From the human T2T-CHM13v2.0 reference genome, Homo sapiens, in NCBI RefSeq assembly GCF_009914755.1, contig NC_060944.1: DNA of 64,000 nt; one strand, given 5' to 3'. The position numbers and the translations under genes are program-made. The notes below the pieces were generated by a model, which saw nothing but the letters and a program-made list of their open reading frames with translations, did not search any database and was not told the DNA's origin. Of the stretch, positions 1-13,253 are shown piece after piece (position 1 is the first letter of the stretch; every line of letters begins with the position of its first letter).

Positions 1-1242
1 TCACGGTGAAAAAAGGTTAGAACTCTTGCTACAGAGCTGTGGAAGCAGCCAGGTGAGGGGCCTGCCAAGGGCACTCTGGGCACTACCTGGGCACTCTCGA
101 GCCCATCATCCCCTAGGCAGGCTGCACTGCTTGGTATTTGCAGAGCTGAGGGGGTGGGGCATGTGGGGACTGTGAAATCGCCCTGAGATGACCCACAGTC
201 CTCAGCTAGGAAGTGAGCGCTGCATCTCCTGCAGCGTCCTCCATCCCTAGAGCCATGGGGCCAGGAGAACCGGTCCTTGCAGCAAGTGAAAAGCCTATTA
301 TTGATTCCCTCCCTAGCCATGTAGACAGTGAACCAAGACACTCATATCAGGTAAATGCCTTGTTCTCTGTTACCAAGGTAACCAGTAGGCATTCCCAGAT
401 ACAGCGAAGGTCCTCACACCAAGATATGCACCTGGCCACCTGAGGAAAGAGAAAGGACTATCTGAGGGGATGGGGCTGAGCTGGGTGTGGAGTGGTCCTT
501 GTGGGTCTTGGAGAGTGGGAGGGGGAGCAGCATGAGCCAGGCCTCGAGGCAGAAGGACAACCAGGAGACAGCCTGGAAAAAGTGCTGGACCCACAAGGGC
601 TCAAGGCTGGCCAGAGGGGAGGTGGGATAGGCTGTAAAGTCCTGAGGTCTGAAGATTGGCCCTGGCAGGAAGAAACCAGGTAAGGTGGGGTGTTACCTAC
701 ACCCTCGGGGCCAGATGCAGGCCAGAGCCAGCCAATTACCAGGCCCTTAGGGAGGTGTGAGCCCCTTGAAATGATGCAAGGTTTTTTGTTTTTGTTTTGG
801 AGACAGAGTTTCGCTCTTGTCACACAGGCTGGCACCTTTGCCCAGAGCAGGCACCAAGACTTCTGGCTCTGGGTGTGACCTCAGTCTGGGTAAAAGCCCC
901 AGCCCCCACCAGCACCACCTACCCCCTAGACTACTTCAGGTGCTGAGCCCAAGCCAGGGGCAGGAAGCTAAACTGATGCCTAGGGTAATCCCAACAAAGT
1001 CCCTGGTTCCCCGCAGCTATGGGGCTGACGGGGAATTACAGCCCAAACCCCAGATGCTGGCTCTCAAACTAACACTGAGCCCTCAGTGCCCACAGGGAGA
1101 TACAATCAGCGCACTTTCCAGATGGGGAAATGGGATCAGAGAAGTGCAACAGCCTTGCCCAATGCCCCAGACCAGGGCTCCAGGCCCAGAGTGTTCTTTT
1201 GTCACTGTGTTCAGAGGGCAGCAGCTGCTGTGATGTACCCAC

Positions 1243-1374
1243 CTGAGCCTGGCAGCTTTCTCCAACTTTGGAAGCCCAGGAGCATGGCCCCTGTCCACAG
1301 ATGCACCTGGCATGAGGCGTGCCCAGAGGGACAGAGGCAGATGAGTTTCGTCTCCTCCACTGGATTGTGAGGGC
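1243..1374 (-). ncRNA. Probable exon (132 nt) of a subtelomeric lncRNA, downstream of the GTF2I-derived exon
   Basis: ttctag|gccctc...ctcag|gtgggt; size and spacing match my recollection of the paralogous chr1p lncRNA exons. Confidence 0.5.
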
Positions 1375-2436
1375 CTAGAAGGAGACAAGGGTCAGCTTGA
1401 GAAGGCAGTGAACAGCGAGCAGCCTGAGGCAGTGCCCCTCTGGATGGATGCGCAGTGCCTGGATGGAACCTGGCTCAGACAGAGCTCAGTTCTGCAGGTC
1501 CCTGAGGCATGGAGAGTTCACAGCTACCAAGTGTAGGAGTCTGGATTCAAAGCCAACGGCGTCACTCCAAAGTCCCTGCCCTAGCCCCTGGACCACCCTT
1601 GCAGGCCCATCAGATGCCCAGGCCAGCAGCACAGCTGGCCAAGACCAGGGAAACTTGGGGAGCCTCAGAGCACCCCTAGGTATTCCAACCTAACCCTGGT
1701 GCCCCGCCTCTCACCACCCTTCTTCCTGCTTTAACCTCAACCCTACACAAAGCCTGGGCCACTTAATGTGGCATCAAACAGATGCCTCAATAAATCAGTC
1801 TAATCTCGAAAAAAAAAAGACTTAACAGATATACAATTGCATGTTAGAATGCTAAAGACCATAAACATAGAACAACTTAAAGTACATATAAATTCAACAT
1901 ATATCCAATCATTGTAACTATGACACAGTAGAATATTAAAATACTATTTTCAAAATGTATACAAGCTTAATGTTCTATGTATTCAAACTATTTATTCAAA
2001 ATACAAATCATCAACATAAATTGCCACTAATATTCAGTCCCTTCACAGGACATGATTCACTGGGAGTTAATAAATTAGCAGCCGGCAGGCAGTGACACAC
2101 CGCAAAAATGAAAACCAAGAGGTGAAATAGTTCTGAAATAAAGGTTTTAAAGCTAACAGAAATCACTGAATTACTAAGTCATTAGCACTAATTTTGAGCC
2201 AACTAACTAATTAATATGAGATGATACAATGTCCTATACTTTGGTAAATACAGACTATGTTTAAACAACGTCTGTAACGTGACTTGTAAAATGCTCCTGG
2301 CTTTACAAAGATGTGATTAAGATGTAGTAACACATACTAAACCATTTCCCCCTGCAGAGCATGTGGTAACTTTCATCAGTCACACTGAGAGTCCAGAAGA
2401 TAAAGGAAAAGGTCATGGATTTCACTGAGAACTTAC

Positions 2437-2546
2437 CAGAGTTGAACTCCCTCATTTTCCATTCCCCAGCATTGGCGGGTTCTGGGACTGGTGGCTGTGG
2501 TGGCTCGTTGGTCTTTGTCTCTTAGAAGGTGGGGAATAATCATCAT
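2437..2546 (-). pseudogene. GTF2I/GTF2IRD2-derived exon remnant (GTF2IP-type unprocessed fragment)
   Basis: tttttcaag|ATGATGATTAT...AACTCTG|gtaag translates [35 protein letters not shown], compared with recalled GTF2I [37 protein letters not shown]. It is 110 nt with a 1-nt frameshifting deletion. Confidence 0.85.
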
Positions 2547-3065
2547 CTTGAAAAAGAAAAAATGGTCATTACTGAAGGAACCATCTTAGGTTACAGCCAC
2601 CTCTGGGTCAATTCCCAACATTCAAAAGCTGAGCAGGGCTTTAAAGCTATCTTATTAATAATTATTTCTGTATTGCGAACTTCAGCATACTTTTTTCTAG
2701 TTACATTTGAAATGTTATTCTTTTGGGATGTGCTCAAGTGAGTACTGCTTTTTCCTCTGCCTTGCTTCATTACTTTTTAGTTTCCTTCATTTGAATCATC
2801 ATTGTAAGTCTCCCCTTCTCCTCAAATAACTTTCAAATTGCTGCCAAGAACTATGTTCTATCTTAAGGCTTTTGAGAAAAAACTTTCAATGAAGATAGCC
2901 GCCTAAAGTTATACAAATATAGAAGAAACGGGATAAAATAAAGCTTAGATTGGAAAAAATATTTAAGATTCTACAAAATTCACGCGTAAACAAGGGAAGC
3001 TGAGTAATTGTATGTTCAAATACTTTTAACAAGTGCAAAACATGTAGGCTTAAAGAAATAGAGCT

Positions 3066-3612
<547 letters not shown>

Positions 3613-3848
3613 GAGAGAGAGAGAGAGAAAGAAAGAAAGAGGGCTACATTATTTATGAAACAGATACTGTTAACTCAGTCACCAGAAAGCCTGTGTATAA
3701 ATGAGCAGTGAGATATTCAAGCACAGCACACACACACTTCTCAGGACAGCTGTCGTGAGTGTTCCATGCTCGTTTCCTTCTGGATACATCAGCAACTCAC
3801 TCTGCTATGATCCTGCAATACATCTCATGTTAGAATTAGAGACATCTG

Positions 3849-4164
<316 letters not shown>

Positions 4165-4260
4165 TTAGAGACATCTGGATCAAATCAGCTGCCAGTCTCG
4201 CAAAGTGTCGGGTAACATCCTATTAAGCTTGCTGCTTACACATCATCTATAAAATACTGA

Positions 4261-4573
<313 letters not shown>

Positions 4574-4585
4574 AAGAAACCCTTA

Positions 4586-4918
<333 letters not shown>

Positions 4919-7366
4919 CTAAAAAAAAGACTCCATTTCAAAAACAAAACTAAAACCAAAAACACAACACAAATGTAGTACACAAATGAAAATAATTACT
5001 GTGTTAAACACAGTTTCATAGAAAATAAAAGACCAATCAAATACAATAAGCTGCCTTTTTAGATGGGTATGTTATTCTTCTTTCACAGCTAAATAAACAG
5101 GCTCAGAGAATGTTATTTGATTGGACCGTGTTGCATTTCTGGACAGTGCAGCTGAGATCAGACTTTGTGTGTAACTCCACTAGCCTACCAGGGTGCCTCT
5201 CATAAAGGTAAGAAATGTAAATTTGTCCTAATATACAAAGTTGCCAGGGCAGCACTGGGTCAATTCTACATACAGTACTTCTATGTTCATCAAGGGAAAC
5301 CTTAAGGGAAAGTGAAAATGCTTCTAGAAGGCGACTGGACACCAGCGCCTTTGCTTGTTGCCTTTGGGCTCTTCTTCTAAGGCCAACAGTGACCTGAAAT
5401 TATTGACTGGCTTTTCCAATCAAGTGGACAAAATGGTACCAAGGTCGCCAACATCGATGTAGAACATCGATGTTCTACAACATTGCTTAACGCAAGGGGA
5501 GACGCTCCTGACTCAGAGTGTTTAATTGCTCACCTACTTCTTTTTCTGCCCTCTTGGGCTTCTGAAATGAAAAGAACCCTGGGGTGATACAGTGAGTCAA
5601 AGGGGTGCCAGCCACATCACAGCAAAATAGATTCCTAAAAAATCCCTGGCCTAAGATGACAGCCTTGGCTGGATCAGTTTGAATGTGCTGATAGTGGACA
5701 TGGTAGAATGAAGGTGGTTGAAATGTTCATATTAAAGAACTTCCACCCAGATTGCAAGAAAAGAGAGAAGAATGGAGATGGCAGCACGAGCCCCTACAAT
5801 AAAAGCAGATGTTTTGAGATCAGTTATATTTCTTCTGACAAAAATTAAAGACAGAAACCAAAGTTTAGCCTGAGACTACAATTAATTGGGCAATAAGCCA
5901 GAGGCACATATGGCATAAGACAGATTTAAACATTTCTCCCTGATATTAATACAAACACTAAAATTACAAATACATGGATTCCAAATAAAACAAATATTTA
6001 AAAAATTTAATGAATAAACACTGGGGTCTACAGTAGTATTTGAAGATCTCACAAACAGGTTTGGTTTTTGAAGGTTAGAACTGGTGGTCTAGAGAATTCA
6101 TTTCATTCCAGAGAAAGAAAGAGAGGAATTTCTTGGGTTCCTTCAGGAATGCGTCTAGCTTTGCCTCATCTTTGTTTGAACTATGGATACGGCAGAAGAA
6201 AACATGAGGATTTCACAGATTTAAGGTGCAAAAAGTCACTGGGTTCTCTAAGAAGTCTGGGATTCTTCTGCTGGAAAAATAAGTTTGTTGAGAAAAAATG
6301 AGTTGGAGGAGGCTGTTATTGAAGTGAAGCAGAATTGTTTTTACTAATCTGCTTATTACCCACTCTGTAGTGTGGAAACAAATTATTCATGCACAAGGTC
6401 CTCTTACTGTTCCTAGAATGCAGTGGAAAGAGAACAGATTAGTTTTCCTCCCTCAGAACACAACCCCTAGAAACATCCTACCTCAGATGAGATATTGCCT
6501 AATTATTTTCAAAAGACAGTGAAACATCATGGATGTAAATGTTTGCTACAAAATAAATACATGCTAGAAACAGAAGCATCTGGGTCACAGCTATATTAGA
6601 GCTACCTGTGTTCCCCTGTCACTGACATTAAAACAAAAATGTCCAATACAATCATTCACAGCGTGGGAGAGGGGAAGTTGAAGGATGGAAAGGCCAGGCA
6701 TAAAAGGATTTCAGAATTTCCGTCCATAAGGAAGTGGCTTTGTGCACTGTCTGTTACTGCGTGCAAGGTGAAATTTGAAGAATGAAAACGTGCAGTAACA
6801 AGGGCTCCTTTGTCCAACTCACCTCTCCAGATACCAACTTTCAGACATGTTGCATTTTAATTGAAAGGTTGATATAATTTTTTTTAAAGAACACTTGCGG
6901 TGTTTGAAGTGACAAAGGCTGCTGTGACAAAAAAGCAGGGAAAGGGAATTTTTTTTTAAAAGCAAACAACAACAACAAAAACCCCACAGAAAAGCAAACA
7001 ACAAACAAACAAAAAACAGAGGAAGAAGTCGAACACCCTGGGCTGTGACTACTTCCAGGAAGGGGCTACAAGAGGCAGTTGGAAATTCTATTTGTTTTGC
7101 AACTGTGGGTTTTCCGGCCTGCTTCCTTTCTAAAGCATATTACTCTGCTTTTGGTTCATGAAGTTATCCATTTCTGTTTTCTGGAACAGCTATGTATTTT
7201 CTTTATCTATCATCTATCTATCTATTTACCATCTATCTTTTCTACCTTTCGCTATCAAGAGCTTGGGTCAAGCAGGATAGAATTCCAGTGTATGTTCACT
7301 CTACCATTTAAAACAAGAGCTCTTGTAGGCATTCTCCATCACATCATAAACCTGAGCTTTCTAAAA

Positions 7367-7585
7367 CAGGGTGTGGCAAACTACCATGCATGGACCATGT
7401 CTGACACAGTCTGCATTTGTAAGTAAAGTTGTAATGGGACACAGCCAATACATGTGTTACATAATGTCTCTGGCTACTTTCATGGTATAATGGAAGAGCT
7501 GAGTCATTGAGAGAGAGACCATATGGCTTGGAAAACTTAAAATATTTAACATTTAGCCCCCTGCAGAAAATACTTGCTGACTCTT
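7367..7585. mobile_element. MER58-like hAT DNA transposon relic
   Basis: cagggtgtggcaaactac...aaaatacttgctgactcttg termini resemble the MER58 consensus. Confidence 0.55.
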
Positions 7586-8770
7586 GTTTTAAAAGATCTC
7601 TGTTTAGAATGCTACCTATTGCATTCTGGATAGAATCACAACTCTTTACCACAATCGACACAGCTTCAGCCCTGCTTCTACATCCAGCCTCATCTATTTC
7701 TGCTCCTCCTCCTTATTTTCCTTCTGGCCATGCTGATGGACTGTCAGCTTCCCAGATGTGCAAGAATCTCTCCTCCCTTCCCAACATTCTCATGCTCTCC
7801 CTCTGCCTCTGAAGAACTTCCTGCCCCATCTCTCATGACAAATCCTTTCTACATTCTTTAAGATGCAGCCCCTTTGCTCCTTCCTTAAGGATGTCTGTCT
7901 GGCTCTATTTTGGGTGACGTGCTCCTTCTGCATCTCCCAGAGCCAGCCTGTGTGTGTCAGCTACAACATTTCTTTGCATCTCTGTGTCATATATCACCAA
8001 ATCTGCCTAAGCTTGCATGAGTCACTGCATGACAACTTCAGACTCCACCAGCGTTGTCCCCACTAACCACAAGGCTTAGACATTCGTCCAGTATGCTCGG
8101 GGTTGTGGGGTGGTAGCAGTAACCGGCTGGTGACCATCATTTCTTACATCAGAATCAAATCTGTAGATCTCTGCCATTCATAAGTATTTGGAGTTTAAAA
8201 TTAGCATAAAGATTTTCCTTAAAATAAGAACAAATGGCTTGAGTAGGCTTTTGGAACACAGGATGTTTCCACTGGTTCATTTCTGTGTTCAATATTCCCA
8301 CATGAATCTAAACACGGCTCTGCTCTTAGTAGCTATGTGACCCTAGGAAAGTCACTCAATCTCCCTCAGCTAAATTTTGTTGTGTGAGTAATGAGGAGAG
8401 AGTTGTGATTTGTATTTTGTGAATAATAACAAACAAAAGGCATTTAGATTTCTGGAACCTGGTATGTAGTAGAACCTCATGAAATACTAGCTCTGTTGAA
8501 AAAACTAGACTGAAAGAAGCTTACAAAGTCAACAACAGTTTGAGGCAGTGAAGGACTTAGAGGAGGAGCTGCTGCTGCAGCCTGTAGCTCCTGGAAGCCC
8601 GTTTTGTCCATGATTTAGCAGGAATGCATTACCCTTCCATGAGGAGGCACTGCCCACAGAAACCAAGGCCATTCGTTGAAGACAAACATGTCTTAATAGC
8701 CTTTACATTATGTAATAGTGTAATACAAATAATAATTTATTATTAGTAATAATGTGAAATTATTTACAGT

Positions 8771-9192
8771 ACCCTAACCCTAACCCCAACCCCAACCCCA
8801 GCCCCAGCCCCAGCCCCAACCCTAACCCTAACCCTCTAACACTAACCCCCTAACCCTAACCCTAACCCTCTAACCCTAACCCTCTAACCCTAACACCCTA
8901 ACCCTAACCCTACCCCTAACCCCAACCCCAACCCCAACCCCAACCCTAACCCCTAACCCCTAACCCTACCCTCACCCTCACCCTCACCCTAAACCCTAAC
9001 CCCAACCCCAACCCCAACCCCAACCCCAACCCTACCCTAACCCTAACCCTTAACCCTAACCCTAACCCCAACCCCAACCCCAACCCAACCCCAACCCTAC
9101 CCTAACCCTAAACCTAACCCTTAACCCTAACCCTAACCCCAACCCCAACCCCAACCCCAACCCAACCCCTCACCCTCACCCTCACCCTCACC
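8771..9192 (+). repeat. Interstitial degenerate telomeric array (CCCTAA with CCCCAA, CCCCAG, CCCTCA and CCCTAC variants)
   Basis: About 420 bp of hexamers, all C-rich on the + strand, with non-telomeric sequence on both sides. Confidence 0.97.
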
Positions 9193-10330
9193 ACATGAGC
9201 AATGTGGGTGTTATATTTTAGGTGTCATGTGTGCATTAGGAATGCTGCATTTGTATTCCAACGCTGCAACTGGACCCTGCAATGCAGCCCCTCGCCTTGC
9301 CTTGGGAGAATCTCGGTGCGCAGGATTCAGAGGGGCTTTTAGTTTCCCGTTTTCCACACTGAACCGTTCTAACTGGTCTCTGACCTTGATTATTCACGGC
9401 TGCAACCGGGAAAGATTTTATTCACCGTCAATGCGCCCCGAGTTGTCCCAAAGCCAGGCAGTGCCCCCAACGTCTGTGCTTAGGAGAATGCTGCTCCACC
9501 TTTACGGTGACCCCCAGATCTGTGCTGAGCAGAACGCAGCTCCGCCCTCGCAGTACCCTCAGCCCGCCCGCCCGCCCGGGTCCGACCTGAGGAGAACTCT
9601 GCTCCGCCTTCGCAGTACCACCGAAATCTGTGCAGAGGAGAACGCAGCTCCGCCCTCGCGGTGCTCTCCGGGTCTGTGCTGAGGAGAACGCAACTCCGCC
9701 GTCGCAAAGGCGCCGCGCCGGCGCAGACGCAGAGAGGCGCGCCGCGCCGGCGCAGGCGCAGAGACACATGCTAGCGCGTCCAGGGGGGTGGAGGCGTGGC
9801 GCAGGCGCAGAGACGCACGCCTACGGGTGGGGGTTGGTGGGGCGTGTGGTGCAGGAGCAAAGTCGCACGGCGCCAGGCTGGGGGCGGGGGGGGGGGGGGC
9901 GCCGTGCACGCGCAGAAACTCACGTCGCGGCGGCGCGGCGGCGCGGCGGCGCGGCGCAGAGACGGGTGAAACCTCAGTAATCAGAAAAGCCGGGCTCGGC
10001 CGCCCCTTGCTTGCAGCCGGGCACTACAGGACCGGCTTGCTCACGGTGCTGTGCCAGGGCGCCCCCTGCTGGCGACTAGGGCAACTGCAGGGCTCTCTTG
10101 CTTAGACTGGTGGCCAGCGCCCCCTGCTGGCGCCGGGGCACTGCAGGGCCCTCTTGCTTACTGTATAGTGGTGGCACGCCGCCTGCTGGCAGCTAGGGAC
10201 ATTGCAGGCTCCTCTTGCTCAAAGTGTACTGGCAGCACGCCCGCCTGCTGGCAGCTGGGGACACTGCCGGGCCCTCTTGCTCCAACAGTAGTGGCGGATT
10301 ATAGGGAAACAACCGGAGCATATGCTGTTT
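9193..10330. repeat. TAR1 telomere-associated repeat with 37-bp (~9470-9710), 29-bp (~9709-9765) and 61-bp (~10000-10300) units; TERRA-promoter-type CpG island
   Basis: Units tctgtgctgaggagaacgcagctccgccctcgc, ggcgcgccgcgccggcgcaggcgcagaga and gcgccccctgctggc...gcagggccctcttgct occur in canonical order next to the telomeric array. Confidence 0.9.
10059..10131 (-). promoter_or_regulatory. Tandem CTCF core motifs in the 61-bp repeats
   Basis: GCCAGCAGGGGGCGC on the minus strand at 10059-10073 and 10117-10131; degenerate copies near 10176 and 10238. Confidence 0.8.
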
Positions 10331-10702
10331 GGTCTCAGTAGACTCCTAAATATGGGATTCCTGGCTTTAAAAGTATAAAATAAATATGTTTAATTTGTTA
10401 ACTGATTACCATCAGAATTGTACTGTTCTGTATCCCACCAGCAATGTCTAGGAATGCCTGTTTCTCCACAAAGTGTTTACTTTTGGATTTTTGCCAGTCT
10501 AACAGGTAAAGCCCTGGAGATTCTTATTAGTGATTTGGGCTGGGGCCTGGCCATGTGTATTTTTTTAAATTTCCACTGATGATTTTGCTGCATGGCCGGT
10601 GTTGAGAATGACTGTGCAAATTTGCCGGATTTCCTTCGCTGTTCCTGCATGTAGTTTAAACGAGATTGCCAGCACCGGGTATCATTCACCATTTTTCTTT
10701 TT

Positions 10703-13243
10703 GTTAACTTGCCGTCAGCCTTTTCTTTGACCTCTTCTTTCTGTTCATGTGTATCTGCTGTCTCTTAGCCCAGACTTCCCGTGTCCTTTCCACTGGGCCT
10801 TTGGGAGGTCACAGGGTCTTGATGCTGTGGTCTTGATCTGCAGGTGTCTGACTTCCAGCAACTGCTGGCCTGTGCCAGGGTGGAAGCTGAGCACTGGAGT
10901 GGAGTTTTCCTGTGGAGAGGAGCCATGCCTAGAGTGGGATGGGCCATTGTTCATATTCTGGCCCCTGTTGTCTGCATGTAACCTAATACCACGACCAGGC
11001 ATGGGGGAAAGATTGGAGGAAAGTTGAGTGAGAGGATCAACTTCTCTGACAACCTAGGCCAGTAAGTAGTGCTTCTGCTCATCTCCTTGGCTGTGATACG
11101 TGGCCGGCCCTCGCTCCAGCAGCTGGACCGCTACCTGCCGTCTGCTGCCATCGGAGCCCAAAGCCGGGCTCTGACTGCTCAGACCAGCCAGCTGGAGGGG
11201 CTCAGCAGCTCTGGCTTTGGCCCTGGGAGAGCAGGTGGAAGATCAGGCAGGCCATCGCTGCCGCAGAACCCAGTGGATTGGCCTAGGTGGGATCTCTGAG
11301 CTCAACAAGCCCTCTCTGGGTGGTAGGTGCAGAGAGGGGAGGGGCAGAGCCGCAGGCACAGCCAAGAGGGCTGAAGAAATGGTAGAACGGAGCAGCTGGT
11401 GATGTGTGGGCCCACCGGCCCCAGGCTCCTGTCTCCCCCCAGGTGTGTGGTGATGCCAGGCATGCCCTTCCCCAGCATCAGGTCTCCAGAGCTGCAGAAG
11501 ACGACGGCCGACTTGGATCACACTCTTGTGAGTGTCCCCAGTGTTGCAGAGGTGAGAGGAGAGTAGGCGATGAGTGGGAGTGGCGTCGCCCCTAGGGCTC
11601 TGCTGGGCCGGCGTCTCCTGTCCCCTGGGGAGGCTTGGATGCCCCTCCACACCCTCTTGATCTTCCCTGTGATGTCATCTGGAGGCCTGCTGCTTGCGGT
11701 GGCCTATAAAGCCTCCTGGTCTGGCTCCAAGGCCTGGCAGAGTCTTTCCCAGGGAAAGCTACAAGCAGGAAACAGTCCTCATGGGTCATCCCCTTCACTC
11801 CCAGCTCAGAGCCCAGGCCAGGGGCCCCCAAGAAAGGCTCTGGTGGAGAACCTGTGCATGAAGGCTGTCAACCAGTCCATAGGCAAGCCTGGCTGCCTCC
11901 AGCTGGGTGGACAGACAGGGGCTGGAGAAGGGGAGAAGAGGAAAGGGGGGCTGCCTGCCCTGTCTCCCACCTGAGGCTGAGGAAGGAAAGGGGGATGCAC
12001 TGTTGGGGAGGCAGCTGTAACTCAAAGCCTTAGCCTCTGTTCCCACGAAGGCAGGGCCATCAGGCACCAAAGGGATTCTGCCAGCATAGTGCTCCTGGAC
12101 CAGTGATACACCCGGCACCCTGTCCTGGACAGGCTGTTGGCCTGGATCTGAGCCCTCGTGGAGGTCAAAGCCACCTTTGGTTCTGCCATTACTGCTGTGT
12201 GGAAGTTCACTCCTGCCTTTTCCTTTCCCGAGAGCCTCCACCACCCCGAGATCGCATTTCTCACTGCCTTTTGTCTGCCCAGTTTCACCAGAAGTAGGCC
12301 TCTTCCTGACAGGCAGCTGCACCACTGCCTGGCGCTGCGCCCTTCCTTTGCTCTGCCCGCTGGAGACGGTGTTTGTCATGGGCCTGGTCTGCAGGGATCC
12401 TGCTACAAAGGTGAAACCCAGGAGAGTGTGGAGTCCAGAGTGATGCCAGGACCCAGGCACAGGCATTAGTGCCCGTTGGAGAAAACAGGGGAATCCCGAA
12501 GAAATGGTGGGTCTTGGCCATCCGTGAGATCTTCCCAGGGCAGCTCCCCTCTGTGGAATCCAATCTGTCTTCCATCCTGCGTGGCCGAGGGCCAGGCTTC
12601 TCACTGGGCCTCTGCAGGAGGCTGCCATTTGTCCTGCCCACCGTCTTAGAAGCGAGACGGAGCAGACTCATCTGCTACTGCCCTTTCTATAATAACTAAA
12701 GTTAGCTGCCCTGGACTATTCACCCCCTAGTCTCAATTTAAAAAGATCCCCATGGCCACAGGGCCCCTGCCTGGGGGCTTGTCACCTCCCCCACCTTCTT
12801 CCTGAGTCACTTCTGCAGCCTTGCTCCCTAACCTGCCCCACAGCCTTGCCTGGATTTCTATCTCCCTGGCTTGGTGCCAGTTCCTCCAAGTCGATGGCAC
12901 CTCCCTCCCTCTCAACCACTTGAGCAAACTCCAAGACATCTTCTTCCCCAACACCAGCAATTGTGCCAAGGGCCATTAGGCTCTCAGCATGACTATTTTT
13001 AGAGACCCCGTGTCTGTCACTGAAACCTTTTTTGTGGGAGACTATTCCTCCCATCTGCAACAGCTGCCCCTGCTGACGGCCCTTCTCTCCTCCCTCTCAT
13101 CCCAGAGAAACAGGTCAGCTGGGAGCTTCTGCCCCCACTGCCTAGGGACCAACAGGGGCAGGAGGCAGTCACTGACCCCGAGAAGTTTGCATCCTGCACA
13201 GCTAGAGATCCTTTATTAAAAGCACACTGTTGGTTTCTGCTCA
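10703..13243 (+). pseudogene. DDX11L: DDX11L pseudogene/lncRNA (3' fragment of the DDX11 helicase); exons ~10703-11061, 11443-11551, 12051-~13243
   Basis: Encodes [17 protein letters not shown] then RAIRHQRDSASIVLLDQ*Y...AWI*ALVEVKATFG, which is DDX11 helicase motif VI and C-terminus. TGA stops at 12104 and 12149. Splice sites cca|gtaagt, cccag|gtg, gag|gtgag, gaag|gca. Canonical position between TAR1 and WASH. Confidence 0.9.
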
Positions 13244-13253
13244 GTTCTTTATT
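13212..13253. terminator. Poly(A) signals: minus-strand AATAAA at 13212-13217 and 13248-13253 (WASH1); plus-strand ATTAAA at 13215-13220 (DDX11L)
   Basis: ctttattaaa and tctttattg lie ~280-320 nt downstream of the WASH stop and at the DDX11L 3' end. Confidence 0.8.

Noticed and set aside
5320-6870. Additional minus-strand exon-like segments (~5534-5561, acceptor near 5392, donor near 6822)
   Set aside because: Splice-like motifs are present but I could not match them to any protein or transcript.
8771-9192. Chromosome 2q13-type head-to-head telomere fusion site
   Set aside because: The array is C-rich on the + strand throughout; there is no (TTAGGG)n to (CCCTAA)n inversion point.
9470-10300. 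CRISPR-like repeat-spacer array
   Set aside because: Human TAR1 tandem repeats without unique spacers; no cas genes.
9227-10341. ORFs across TAR1
   Set aside because: Products of GC-rich tandem repeats.
11570-12469. Functional DDX11 helicase CDS
   Set aside because: Only C-terminal remnants are present, with in-frame TGA stops at 12104 and 12149.
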